DNA from: Octopus vulgaris
Lineage: Eukaryota
Reading direction: 5' to 3'
DNA length: 64,000 nucleotides
NCBI GenBank assembly: GCA_951406725.2
Contig: OX597830.1
Span: forward strand, 70,308,001 to 70,372,000
Shown here: positions 1-13,333 of the stretch, in pieces
Position numbering within the stretch: position 1 is the first letter of the stretch
Layout: each line of letters opens with the position of its first letter
Position numbers and translations under genes: made by a program
The notes under the pieces: generated by a model
Database searches by the model: none
Seen by the model: only the letters and a program-made list of their open reading frames with translations
Told to the model about the DNA's origin: nothing

Positions 1-671
1 GGAAAAGCTTACTCGCCACTCTCGACCATTGATGAGAAAATGAGACAGCAAAAAGGTCTTTTATAAATATCTGACAGATTTCCCTCAGTTCACATTCTAG
101 TTTCTTAAAAAAAGATACACAACACATTGGATAATGTTATCGTAAAAAGAGAGGGGAGAAGAGAGAGAGAGAGAGAGAGAGAAAGACAGGAATTGGTGCG
201 TGATATCCACGTATTGAAGTATGTAGGGAAGACGTAAAGAATAAATATAAGGCGTGTTTGGGTATACTGATACACACACATACATACATATATATACATA
301 AACATATATATGTGTGTGTGAATGTATGCATGTATAAATATACATATGTATTAATATTTACTCTCACACACATACACACACACATATACATCCATATACA
401 TATATATGTATATAGGCTTTGCTTGCTCGTGTTTCAAATTGATGCGTTTAATGGCTAATATGTGTGTTTGTGTGCGGGTGAGTGCGTGTGTGTGTGTGTC
501 TGTGCCCGTGCGTGTCACACTCGTGCCTCTGTGAGCTTACATACATATATATCTATGTCTATATACAGACAGACATACTTACGTACGTACATACATGCAT
601 ACACACAAATAGGCACATACACACACATAGACGCATACACACATATATGTATGGATGCATGTATATTGCTA

Positions 672-682
672 GATAGATAGAC

Positions 683-770
<88 letters not shown>
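672..770 (+). repeat. (GATA)n microsatellite; representative of many such tracts (e.g. 5415-5560, 11913-12120, 40040-40380, 61415-61565)
   Basis: Directly visible tetranucleotide repeat. Confidence 0.98.
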
Positions 771-771
<1 letters not shown>

Positions 772-1580
772 TGCTGAGGGAAAGATGGAGGGAAAGAGAT
801 AAGAATTAAACGCTTATACATAGGTGTTAACTGCAGCACATTTAAAGCGACAACATTAAAGATAAGGGATATCTAGAAATTTGTATAAAATAAATGTGAA
901 TTCATTCATTTCAAATGCAAACTGGCGTTTCTAATCGAATGGATTTTGAAAACCCTGCAAATTGATGTGCTACAATCATTTAGATTAACTGCGTGAGCAG
1001 TTTTTATATGTCACTTGTGACATGAAATTTATCATCTGTGTTAAAATCGTTTCGCATTAGTGTACGGAATTCATCATACTTAGATCATCGGTATGCGTTT
1101 CAAATTGAAAACAGATTATAAATGGCTGCCACAAAGGGATAGATTGGAAGTGGAGATGGGAGAGAAAAGACGAAGTAAAAAGGAAGCAATTTTTTAGATG
1201 TTCTTGTTCATATAATTAATTTAGCTGATTTACCTGAATGATTTACCTGAAAACATTGGTAAGTATGTACTATTGACCAACTGATTAGGTTAGTATGCAA
1301 AAACTAATCGATTACGTGTCAATGAAATAAAATAGTGTGCTCGGTAATTTAAATTATCTGATATATCGTAAAGGGTTTTCGATATCATTTCGAATCTGTT
1401 ACAACATTGAAGAGTCTTAGGATTCTGGAGCTTAAAAAGTTTCAAGATTTTTATGTGCCAAACTTTTTTGATCGCTTCTTACTCTTTCATTGAAACAAAG
1501 AAATGCTTGGTCCTTTAGCTTTGTTGGTTCAGAGAATAGTGTAAATGACGAGTATTTCGTTAGCTCACTTAGCAAGGACA

Positions 1581-1758
1581 TCATCATCATTGTTCGACCG
1601 TGGTCGAGACAATGGAAATTCCTATGCTACGCCAGACTTCACAGTCCATCATAGCATTACGGAGGTCCTGTTGCTGGATGCCTGTATCCCTGGAGATTAC
1701 ATCAGGGTAGGAGAGTGTTCGCCCTCTAGTATCGCGAGTAGATAGCTTCCAGAGGAGA
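1581..1758 (-). mobile_element. 5'-truncated RTE-clade LINE 3' end with target-site duplication
   Basis: Minus-strand ORF LLLWKLSTRDTRGRTLSYPDVISRDTG...AMMDCEVWRS resembles an RTE ORF C-terminus (RGRP..TY.D.I.RD....M.DR..WR). The stop codon runs into a (TGA)n tail. A 10-bp direct repeat AGCAAGGACA flanks it at 1571-1580 and 1759-1768. Confidence 0.8.
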
Positions 1759-2954
1759 AGCAAGGACAATCTTCATACACATGGCTTTGATTTCAGCCAT
1801 ATAAGTTTCTGCTGTCGACCTGTGTAGCACAGTGATGAACAGGCAACGCATCTCTTTAATTACGGGATTCTTGTATCATTTTAAAATATTATGTCCTTCA
1901 AAACTAATAATACTCGGAGTAACTATTCCTCAGAGGAGCACTGTGATCGGTTGACTGAACACCATCATCTAAAGCAGATGAGGGTATTCAAAGCGTAATT
2001 TGGAATCCGTTGCTTGAAGAAGCTTGGAAAACATCAGTAACAGTTGGTTAAATCGAGCTTAGTAGCTGCCTGGTATTTTGTAAACTAATGTATAGAAGGT
2101 AAAGTCGTCTTTACGTGACGTATGATATACAAGATCGCTAAAATAAAGTATCTGAGTACAGAAATACTGAGGTCTATATTATAGGCTGAAGCATGAAGGA
2201 TCTGCTCAAGCATGTAGTTCTATGACAGGAACGAGAGAAATAATAACAGAATGTGTGTACCACAATTTGCATTGTGTATGACATATGAAAACTCGACGCT
2301 CGGAATGAGTTACAGAAGTGAATTTTAAAAATGTATTGTGTAATAGCGTATACAAGCACACGCACATACACACACATACACACACAGCCACACACAGATA
2401 CACACGTGTGTGTGTGTGTGTGTACGCGTGTGTGTGTGTGTGTGTACGCGTGTGTGTGTACGCGTGTGTGTGTACGCGTGTGTGTGTACGCGTGTGTGTG
2501 TACGTGTGTGAACGTGTGCGCCCGCTTAGTTACACATCTCACTTGTATGTTATATTGCAGTAATATATCTATTATACAGTATAAATTAACCACTGAAACG
2601 AGAATTTAAATGACAAGCGTTACATCATTCCAAAACTACTAAGATCTAATGTCAACACCAATAAACTAGTCATAAAACAAACCGTTTTGTGATTTTTGGC
2701 TCGCTCACTGGAAAATTAACTTAATTATTTCATTTATGTGAGAGATTTTAAAGGTCATCAATAGATTTGATTTTCTTTTTCAGTTCTCCATCTGGATTGC
2801 TGTATTTATTTATTTTATTCTTATATGTATTTGTATTTTTATTTTTCCTCCACTCAATTTGTTTTTTCTCGCAGGCATCTCTTTGTAAGAATTGCTAAAA
2901 ATGTTTTGCTTTCATTAACTAAATGTTATCGTTTATTAACATTTAATAACCATT

Positions 2955-3415
2955 TGATAAGCAACCATCTTCTAGTAAACGGCGCCGTCTTCTAGTAAAC
3001 ATCGCTCACTAAATCATCGTCTTCAAGTAAACACTGCTTGATAAGGCGCCATCTTACTGTAAACATATTTTAGTTAGAAAACACCTAAAGATATCTTACC
3101 ATAAACATCGACTAATTAAACAAACTTCTCCAGTAAATATATGCCAAAAAAAGAAATGAATAAATAAAAAATGAAGTAGATTGGTCCATCCATAAAGCGA
3201 CATCTAGTAAATACTTCATGCTAAGGCGACATCTCGTTTATCGAACCGAGAACGGTAACATATTTTTAATAAACAGCGTTGAACGAAGTGTTCGTTAAAA
3301 GAGACAGAGTTTCTTTAAAACTGTGCTCAATAAAGGGACGTCGTAAGTTATGAGGCTATCATAGAGTACAATCTCCAAAGATAAGGTGGTTATATTTTAG
3401 TAAAATAAACACTGC
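2955..3415 (+). repeat. Degenerate ~32-bp minisatellite (consensus ~GATAAGGCGCCATCTTCTAGTAAACACTGCTT)
   Basis: Recurrent ...CATCTTCTAGTAAAC... blocks at roughly 20-40 bp spacing. Confidence 0.65.
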
Positions 3416-3692
3416 TGGTGTCTGGTGCTTCAGAGATTAGTAATAAGGTGGGAATATCTGTGGCCAGTTATGGCTGTCAGCAAGTATTTTGTTTTTTAAC
3501 CTCATCTAATCTGATCTATACGTTGGATTTATCTCGACTCTATCTCCAGTTTCATTTTGTTTAGACTGCGATGTTGTTTTGTTGTTTTGATAGTTGTTGT
3601 TGTTGCTTTATAGGTGGCAGACATTTTTTTGTTTTCTACACTGAATTGATACGGAGATGTTACACATGTATGCACACATACGGGGACACACA

Positions 3693-3733
<41 letters not shown>

Positions 3734-4143
3734 GCACACATACACTAGAACATACACACATATATGTGTGTGTGTAGGTGTGTGTATATGTATGTATATG
3801 TAAGTATGCGTATGTATGAAGGGAAAAATAGGAACATGGTATATCCTTGTACGCGCCATTGAGTACGTGCGTGCGTGTGTGCCTGCGTGGTTGCGTCTAT
3901 GGGGGAGTTTGGGAATGAGTGTATGTGTGTGCGCGTGTGTGTATGAATATGTGTGTATGTGTGTATGAATGTGTGTCTGTGCGTGCGTGATTGAATGCGG
4001 ATAAAATAACAATGAAATGGTGATAGTAGATGTTTTTGTAGGGTGTGGTTGATGCTGTCGACTCAAAGTATCGTAATCTGACCATGGAAGACATTCGTCG
4101 ACTATTTGTGTCTCTATGGGTACGTGTGTACATACATACAAAC

Positions 4144-4174
<31 letters not shown>

Positions 4175-4558
4175 CATACATACATACATACATACATACA
4201 TACATACATACACAGATATGTGTGTGCGCGTTATTTTGAGTGCGTATATGAATGTGTCTGATTCGGTGGATTTGCTTATCTGTAAACACGTTTGAGCCAA
4301 CACCACCATTTAAATCAAGACCTGGCTGTAGTGTATCCGAATGGTAACTTAGCTAACCGGTAATATGTAGAACGATAGGACAAGTGCAAAACTGATATAG
4401 AAGAACTTGGGTTGACAAAAGCCCGAACTCCTGCATGGTCATATTTTAACGACGGATATATGTAAAAGAAGGACAACAGTGTCTATCTATCTGTCTATCT
4501 GTCTGTCTATCTGTCTGTCTATCTATCTGTCTATCTGTCTGTCTATCTATCTATCTAT

Positions 4559-4590
<32 letters not shown>

Positions 4591-4640
4591 TTGTCTAGCT
4601 AGCTAGCGAACTAGATCCTTCTCTCTTTCTGTCTTTCCCT

Positions 4641-4727
4641 CAGAATTTGAACTCAGAAAGTAACGGCAGACGAAATACCTCTTCGCATTTCGCCCCGCGT
4701 GCTAACGCTTCTGCCAGCTCGCGCCTT
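4641..4727 (-). mobile_element. SINE family A, tRNA-like head fragment
   Basis: Reverse complement shows A-box-like TGGCAGAAGCGTTAG and B-box GAGTTCAAATTC, matching other copies in the window. Confidence 0.85.
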
Positions 4728-5209
4728 ATAATAATGATGATGATGATAATAATAATAATAATAACAGGAACAATATTCAATACATATATATATAAATATA
4801 TATATATGATTCATATACATTTGTTTGACAATCTCTACCAGTGTGTTTATAAAAGTATGTATACTTACATCTAAGTGGTCATTGTGGATGCATCCGTGTG
4901 AATGCATACGTGTGTTCTATTTGCGCGTATGCGTGCAAGTCTGTGTGTGTGTGTGCGTTCGTGTGTGTGTGTGTCTACGTACTTCTAGGTATGTACTATT
5001 AGATGATTCATCAAAGATAAGTGTTAATTATACCGCGCCAGATATTGATTGTAAACGAAGTTTTACTTATTCCAATAACATTCTGCCACTGTTATTAAAA
5101 GACACCAACCACCAAACAGAACAAACAAAAACAAAAAAAAAACAAAAAACAAAAAAAAAACTGATCCTGCATAATGTCTTTTGGTACGTCTGGTTCTCCT
5201 AATTGATAA

Positions 5210-5250
<41 letters not shown>

Positions 5251-5436
5251 CACTCACACAAACAATTCACGTACACACACAAAAGCGCACACAAGTAAAC
5301 GCACGTGTCCCCCCAAAATAAACACACACGTCATACAAACATACATATATTGTGTGTACTTGTATATTGTGTATATATATAATTATATATATGTTATATA
5401 TAAATATAAATAAAGATAGATAGATAGGTAGGTAGG

Positions 5437-5469
<33 letters not shown>

Positions 5470-5475
5470 GGATAA

Positions 5476-5564
<89 letters not shown>

Positions 5565-5759
5565 GTATTTGTTAGAAGTCTCGCGCACAGATTAAGTTCA
5601 AGGACGAAACTTATAAAGTTCTCAATACTTCAGGTAACCAACTGTAACAATTAATATAAATCATAAGACTTATATATACATACAAATACATGCGTATTTG
5701 TCTGAGTGTATAGATGTGTAAATATACATAAATATATTCAAATACGCATACATATATAG

Positions 5760-5830
<71 letters not shown>

Positions 5831-5885
5831 TGTGCAGGTGGGTTTATGTGTGTGAATGTACATATGTGGGAATCCAAATCAGTAT

Positions 5886-5930
5886 CTGTATCTGATGAAG
5901 TGTAGGCATGGAGAAACACGCGTCTTACAG
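5886..5930 (+). ncRNA. Minimal type-I hammerhead ribozyme motif, Penelope-like (stem II degraded)
   Basis: CTGTA-T-CTGATGA...GAAAC-ACGC-GTC-T-TACAG: stem I CTGTA/TACAG, complete core boxes, GUC triplet, palindromic ACGCGT at stem III. Confidence 0.55.
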
Positions 5931-6080
5931 TCTGATGTCGTCTATGGTTGTTTTTACGCACTTAATCCATAAGAAAAATTTCTTCCTTTGGACAATACCT
6001 GTATAAGAGCTATTTCCACGCCTGAATGTCGACGAATCTCTTAAAAATATATGTATGATCTTCATACATACATATATATA

Positions 6081-6730
6081 GAAATACTCATGAGTAATGA
6101 TAAAACATTCCATGTTCTTATTATTAAGATGGTAACACTGTGCAGGTGGGTAGCTGGAAGGATTCTGAAATCATTCAAAAACAGAGAAAACGATGCTATA
6201 CTACTCCAATGGAGAATTTTCATTCTTAGCCGTCTGGATCACTGCTCCCAAATGTGGTCCCCGCAAAGCGTCAAACTGGATAGAAGCTCAGAGGCAATCC
6301 AGCACCACGACTAGGTGCAACAGATGAGTTAATGGTAGAGGCTAAAGGAATTGAAGCTCTACTTTCTAGAGAGAAGGCACGAAAAATGTGCAATGATATA
6401 CATATGGAAGTTCCAGGAAGATCTAGCTTCCACCATAAAGACTGAAAGCTATATTAACCACCGAACTGGACAACACTGCGTAGTACCAAAGTTCTCGTTT
6501 TTCACATCTAAAACAAGGACCCATTACTGTAACAGCTTCAGTTTCAAGAGTCCACAATTTTCAACTTTCTACCGAACAACCTCAGAGATTTGCGAGGTGT
6601 AGATGTGGAGGTTTTCAATGAACCCGCATTGCGACAGGAGGCACAAAGAAGAAAATCCATCGTCCAATTCGCTATTTCACTGAAATCACACTGAAAGACG
6701 GTGCCTCGGCACGGCCTCATTAAAAGATAA
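6081..6730 (+). pseudogene. Decayed LINE (CR1/L2/Jockey group) ORF2 C-terminal region after the RT domain
   Basis: Translations ILKSFKNRE...WRIFILSRLDHCSQMWSP...EAIQ and LKLYFLERRHEKCAMIYIWK match the LINE motifs L.Y...WSP and L.LYSLE.RR. Stops and frameshifts are present. Confidence 0.85.
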
Positions 6731-6756
6731 AACATAAAAAAACGTTATCTTCATAT

Positions 6757-6852
<96 letters not shown>

Positions 6853-7056
6853 AAATACACATTAGTAAGGATAAAACATTCCATGTGCATATTACTAAAA
6901 TGGCAACAATGCGCAAGTGAGTAGCAGATGTTTATTTTTGCAATCTCATAATATAATTTATGATGATAACAACACTGTTGTTACTAGTCTAAATTTCTTA
7001 ACTTATATTTGTGATGCGTCCTTGCGATGCAAACTTTGCGTGAATGTATTTGCGCA

Positions 7057-7097
<41 letters not shown>

Positions 7098-7557
7098 CGT
7101 TAGCGTATGTATATATCCTACATGCATGTCTTGCAAACAACTTGCACATGCAAGTGCTACCAGTCAAAACCTCCGCATACCGGAAGCCAGCAGGTGTATA
7201 GGGTCATCAGGAGAGAATGTGCGCCATTTCGGGGCCTACCTCTCGACGGCATCAATATATATTGTCAGTGCACGTCTCTTGCCGATATATAACCTAAGTT
7301 CACGCAGTAGCTGTTACTATGTAATAGAAATAACAATGGTTGTTATTCTGTTGATTTCGCCTTGATTTTTAAATATTCTTCTTCCACAATGTTCGTCCAT
7401 CAACATGTTAAATTATTATTTTACAATATTCATTTCTATCGGAACCATTTTTAGATTACCTTTTCTCTTCTGTTTGTTATTAGTTATACAAGATCTTCCG
7501 AGGATTCGAAGCTCATAAGAATTGTTTTGCTGTGAGAAAAAGAACTTGGACTCTGTA

Positions 7558-7962
7558 TTCTTTCTACTCTAGGCATAAGGCCCGAAATTTTTGGGGAGGG
7601 GGCCAGTCGATTAGATTGATCTTAGTACGCAAGTGGTACTTATATTATCGACCCCGAAGGGATGAAAGGCAACGTCGATCTTGGCGGAATTTGAAACCAG
7701 AACGTAAAGACAGACGAGATACCTATTTCTATTTCTTTACTACCCACAAGGGGCTAAACACAGAGAGGACAAACAAGGACAGACACACGGATTAAGTCGA
7801 TTATATCGACTCCAGTGCGTAACTGTTACTTAATATATCGACTCCGAAAGGATGAAAAGCAAAGTCGGTCTTGGCAGAATTTGAACTCAGAACATAACGG
7901 CAGACGAAATACGGCTACGCATTTCGCCCGGCGTGCTAACGTTCCAGCCAGTTCGCCGCCTT
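7558..7962 (-). mobile_element. SINE family A, dimeric (head, body, tail type 1, then re-entry body, tail type 2)
   Basis: Two copies of the body ...TCGACCCCGAAAGGATGAAAGGCAAAGTCGACCTCGGCGGAATTTGAACTCAGAAC... joined near 7723. Confidence 0.9.
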
Positions 7963-7989
7963 CTGAGACTGTATTGATCACGCAAACGA

Positions 7990-8270
7990 GTCTTTTATTA
8001 TTTTCCTTGTTTAAGTCATTGGACTGCGACCAAGTTGTATCTCTGCCTTGGAAGTTTTACTCGAACAAACCGACCTCAGTACTTGATTTCTAAAGTTTAG
8101 TACTTATTTTGTCGGTCCCTTTTTTTTACATTAAATTTACACACACACACTCATATGTGTACACACAGAAAATAAATAGACCCGACGCTATAGCTATGTG
8201 GCACGAAGTGAGACTGAAACTGGGACCATGTGACTGGGTACCAAGTTTGATACCACACAACCACGCTTGT
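7990..8270 (-). mobile_element. SINE family B, degenerate
   Basis: Diverged similarity to copies at 53430 and 54524 (GTCATTGGACTGCGACCA, ACCATGTGACTGGGTACCAAG). Confidence 0.65.
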
Positions 8271-9852
8271 ACCAACACACACACACACATACATATACAT
8301 ACATACACACACAAACCTGTATATATATATATATATATATATGTAGAACTACATAAAATATAAATATATAAAATTATATTGTCTATACAAATATATAGAC
8401 AGAGAAACTAAGTAGACAGATAGACAGGTAGACAGACAGGGGCAAAGACAGACAGACAGACAGGGAGAAAGATAAAGAGAAAAACCTGACTAATATACTT
8501 ACACATATGTTTAAATGTATGGTTATGTACATCTTTGTGACAATAATTACATACATATGTTCACATATCTAAGCTAGCGATCAATATACGTGTGTACGGG
8601 TGTGCGTAAACGTTTGAGTGTGTGTGTCTATGTGTATGAAAGTGTCCATAAAATACGTGTATATGCAACAATACGCGTCTCTCTAAATGTATACGAACAC
8701 ATATCTGTACACAAAACAAGCAAGCACTAATACAAACATCTTTGTTCCCTCACAATCTATTTTGGTATCAATTGTCAAGTTTATGGAGGTATACGCCCAG
8801 TTCACGCAACGAACAATGGCAATCTGCTTTAGCTATTGTGTAAGACGGACATGGATTGCACAATATACACACAGAGGGAAGAATTTAGTAGACTAATATT
8901 CTTTGCATGTTAGGATTTCACACTGGTATAATGATTCGTTGGCATTCTTCCCAATATCTTTAATTGTTTTCGAAAAAGCCCACCCTACAGAGCTTTTCAT
9001 TTTACCACAGTAGTTGGGTCTCCAAAAGAATGCTGCGCTAAACAAAAGGTACCCAGTTTGTCGTCTATATTCCTGATGTTCGGTTAGGAGAGCCTCAGGA
9101 GGCGTGCTATCTTCTGGAAATGCCACGTATATTAAAACAGAGAGAGAGAGAGAGAGAGAAATAGAGAGAGAAATAGATACAGACAGACAAAAAGATAGAC
9201 AAGCGGATAAACAAGAGCAGTGTGCACAATTTGGTCTCGTTATTGTTATCCTCGTCATCGCTTCGTTATTGTCTTCATCGGCATTGTAGCTGTTTAGTTA
9301 TTTGGCTAGAATTATTGTAGTAAAAAGGACCACATGTCACTCTCTATTCATTAAAATATGGCTCTGATGGGCAGTAAGAAATAATAATGAATAAGTTGAT
9401 CCTAAGGCCTCGATGAATCATGGCTGCTGCTGTAAGTTTATTTGTTCTCCATGGTATTTAGCGCCGATGTAGGTGGTGACGGTAACAATTAACGGTGCAG
9501 GTAAAGCCGATGTTGTTGTAGTGGCGGTAGGAGGAGAATTCGTTGTAGATGTTAAGGAAGAGATGATGGTTTAGAAGTGATGATGGTAATGCAAGGAGAA
9601 TAATTGGTGATGGAACATAAATGGTGGCCATTAAGGTAGTCTATAGTATGTTGTAAACAATTGAGAATCAAATACGATCAAGCGTTAGTGATATAAAAAG
9701 CTAAATAGTATTGGCTTAGATGAGGCATCTTTTATCTTGTGGCAGTGCAGATCTTTTATCTTTTACTTGTGGCTGTGCGGATCTTTTATCTTTTACTTGC
9801 TTCAGTTATTAGCCAGAGGCTATGCTGAGGCACCGGCTGGAATGGTTTATTC

Positions 9853-10300
9853 CAGTGATTCTCAACCAGGGTCCTTATGGCCCTGGAGGTCCATATACGA
9901 TTTGTTGTTAATATTTATCTGCAATAAACTGGTTATACTTCTAGGTGTCCACAAAGTCTGGGTACATAGAGTAAATAAAATCATAACATAAAGAATTAAA
10001 TATAAGAAATAATAATTTCTTAAAGTATATGTTAATCTCCATGTAGGTACATGGTGTACATAAAATCATAACATAAAGAATTAAATATAAGAAATAATAA
10101 TTTCTTAAAGTATGTCTTAATCCCCATGTACCCAGACTTTGTGGACACCCTGTACAATACCTACAGTATTTGAACAATTTTTTGATACTAATATTTAATT
10201 ATAATGATGCCTAATTATAAAAATATATGATTTTAAAACAATTGAATGGCTAGGAGGGTACGTTCGTGTAAAATAGGAATCACAGGGGTCCATAGGTAAA
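9853..10300. mobile_element. hAT-like MITE remnant interrupted by a Tc1/mariner MITE
   Basis: Starts CAGTGATTCTCAACC (hAT-type terminus) with subterminal GGGTCCAT motifs at both ends. The right terminal repeat was not found. Confidence 0.5.
9944..10152. mobile_element. Tc1/mariner-type MITE with internal tandem duplication
   Basis: 24-bp TIRs GGTGTCCACAAAGTCTGGGTACAT / ATGTACCCAGACTTTGTGGACACC, TA on both sides, and the internal segment of about 85 bp present twice. Confidence 0.88.
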
Positions 10301-10679
10301 AAAATGAAATGGTTGGTTTATCCGAACAAATCGACATCAATACATATTTTTTAGGTCTAATACTTATTCTAACGAACTCTTTGGTCGAACCGGCGGTCAA
10401 GTGGCGATCGGGGAACAAAACACAACTCACACATACTTGTGTGTGTGTGTGTGTGTGTTGCGCGCGTATATATACATATATAAAAGTAAAGAGAAAATGG
10501 AGAAATATTGATCAACAATAATTGACTTACGTAAATTATTATTTTTTAATTCAATATAAATAGACTGGATCCCATCTAACAGCTGTTTCTGTTTCCGATG
10601 TTATATGGCATTGCCATTGATATGCTAAAGAATAATATTCATCATATTTGGTAATAGAACCGATTTGGAACATAGAACT

Positions 10680-11008
10680 TCATGTTTGTTTCCTAACCAT
10701 ACGGTTCCGGGTTCAGTTCTGCTGCGTAGCACGCTTGGTAAATGTCTTCTGCTATAGTAAGGGCCCGATTTAAACCTTGTGAGTGGATCTGGTATACGGA
10801 AACTAAAAGAAGCCTGTCGTATATGTGCGTGTGTGTGCGCGTGCGCCTTTGAGTTTGTGCTTGTCCTCCACCAATGCTAACAAGAGGTGTTGGTTTGTTT
10901 ACGCCCCTGTAACCTAGCGGTTTGGCAAAAGTGACTGATGGAAAAAGTACTAGGCTTAAAAGATAAATATGTAGTGCCTAATGACTGAAACAAGTAAGAA
11001 ATAAAAGG
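10680..11008 (+). mobile_element. SINE family B (tRNA head, CORE-like CTTGGGCAAGT region)
   Basis: GGTTCCGGGTTCAGT B-box region and CCTTGTGAGTGGAT...ACGGAAACT body; ends AATGACTGAAACAAGTAAGAAATAAAA. Confidence 0.85.
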
Positions 11009-11040
<32 letters not shown>

Positions 11041-11057
11041 TATATGTCTATCTATCC

Positions 11058-11123
<66 letters not shown>

Positions 11124-11912
11124 ATCTATATATATATATATATATATATAAATATAAGTAGGTAGGTAAATGTGTAGGTAGACAGACACAAAACGATAAT
11201 AAGATAATAAGGGGCATACAGACATTTAGACAGACAAGCAGGTAGGTAGACAGGTTGAGACAGACAAATAGACAGAGAGACGGCTAGACGGTCTGGGTTG
11301 CTAATTTCATAAAATTATATGAATGTGCAAGATGGCTATGTTGTTAAGGTTCCGTTTTTTTTTTCATTTGTTTTTTGTTATTTGGACCTTTTCTTATTTA
11401 AGGAAGCAGTTAGTTCACCGTTAAACCTGTTGTAAACAAATAGCTCCTTGTAAATAGTGCTTGCCTTTCGGGGACAAAAAACAAAATCCACCCGAAAAAA
11501 AAAAAAAAACGGAAATAAACAAGCAAATATAAACACTGCATGTTGCGGTTGATGGCAGAAAAGAACGAAATGTTTCGAGCCTAACTACGACTCTTTTTAA
11601 CTGATCCGTTTCCGCCAACTGTCAAAATAATCCACCGCCCTTTACTCTCTCGTGCCTCTTCTCGCTTTTCCACCGTCACCTGCTCTGCTTCATCATCATC
11701 AATTTTGGCATTAATGCTTTCTTCGCAGTAATAAAGACAACATCATTCCAGAAGGATATTCATTAAAAATGAACGAGAGAAGGAAGGAGAAGGTGACGGG
11801 CGTTGGAGAAGCAGACAGAAAGAAAGGATTAATGATCCACATAGAGACAGACAGACAGACCGATATGTGTATAAATAGTTGCCTAGTTATTATTTGGATA
11901 GACAGACACAGG

Positions 11913-12016
<104 letters not shown>

Positions 12017-12043
12017 TATAGATATATAGATATATAGATAGAT

Positions 12044-12114
<71 letters not shown>

Positions 12115-12191
12115 TAGATAGACATATAGCGTGCACGCACACACTCACACATGCATACACACACTTATAGTAGGATAGTATATACACTACA

Positions 12192-12277
<86 letters not shown>

Positions 12278-12316
12278 TGTATGTATGTATGTATGTATAT
12301 ATAGGGGTGAGAGAGA

Positions 12317-12353
<37 letters not shown>

Positions 12354-12635
12354 ATAGATAGATAGATAGATATTTAGACAGACAGTCTGAAGATGACTAT
12401 GAAAACAAGAAATATGAAGAATATAACGTGGAACGGTTATTTGCAGGAAGACTATACGATATGAAGTTGTCAGTGAGTGGACATTACAAACATTGATGAC
12501 AGCAGCTTTGGCCATCATCTTAGTATAAGAACAACAACACTGTCGCTATGATCAGATGTTTCCAGTGCTGGTCTTCTGTGACTCAAGCAACCATATATGA
12601 TGGACTTTTACAGCCAGCACATTAAAATTAATGTC

Positions 12636-12688
12636 TTCTCTGATGATCGACCTGAAGAAAAGAGGCTGAGCGCGTAGAAACGGCAGAA
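12636..12688 (+). ncRNA. Hammerhead-like motif with mutated cleavage triplet
   Basis: TTCT-CTGATGA...GAAAC-GGC-AGAA: stem I TTCT/AGAA, core boxes intact, GGC where GUC is expected. Confidence 0.4.
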
Positions 12689-13286
12689 TGAACGGCATTC
12701 TATGTTTATAAATGTATGTGGCTATGGCTGTGTGGATATAAGTATGCTTGTATACGTTTGCGCACGCAATATACTCACATACATTTACACATCATGGAGT
12801 GCGTGTGTGTGTGTGTGTGTGATATAATATATATTTAAACATATCCGTTTCCGGTTGTTACTTGCTCTGACCCTGTATTATAGTTACAGGGAGGATACAA
12901 TACAGTGTTTCATTACATTCGTATTATAATACACACAAAAGCTGGAAAATTTAATGTAACGGAAAAATTGAGAACACCATATGAAGTTGTGGCTCTTATG
13001 CTCTTCGCAAAAGTAGTAAGGATGGCATTCAATAGCTAAAAGCATAAATCGAAATCTCCTCGAGGAGTCGGCAAGTCAAGTGTTCTGTATTGTACTGCAT
13101 ATCACTTGCATGTGTTCAACATGGGTTTCCAGTTTGGCTCACAAGTAACTGATTTTGTTGTGTTTCAGAACTGCACGCTATAATACATAACTTTAGGCTA
13201 CTCTAAAATTTGAATTAATAAAGAATCCTATGGAATATTGTATGAAATTAGCCGTTAAGTAAAGTAGAACATACCTTCCAGTAGCC

Positions 13287-13333
<47 letters not shown>

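Noticed and set aside
12868-12892. miR-10-like ACCCTGTA hairpin
   Set aside because: Only the seed matches and the hairpin is far too short
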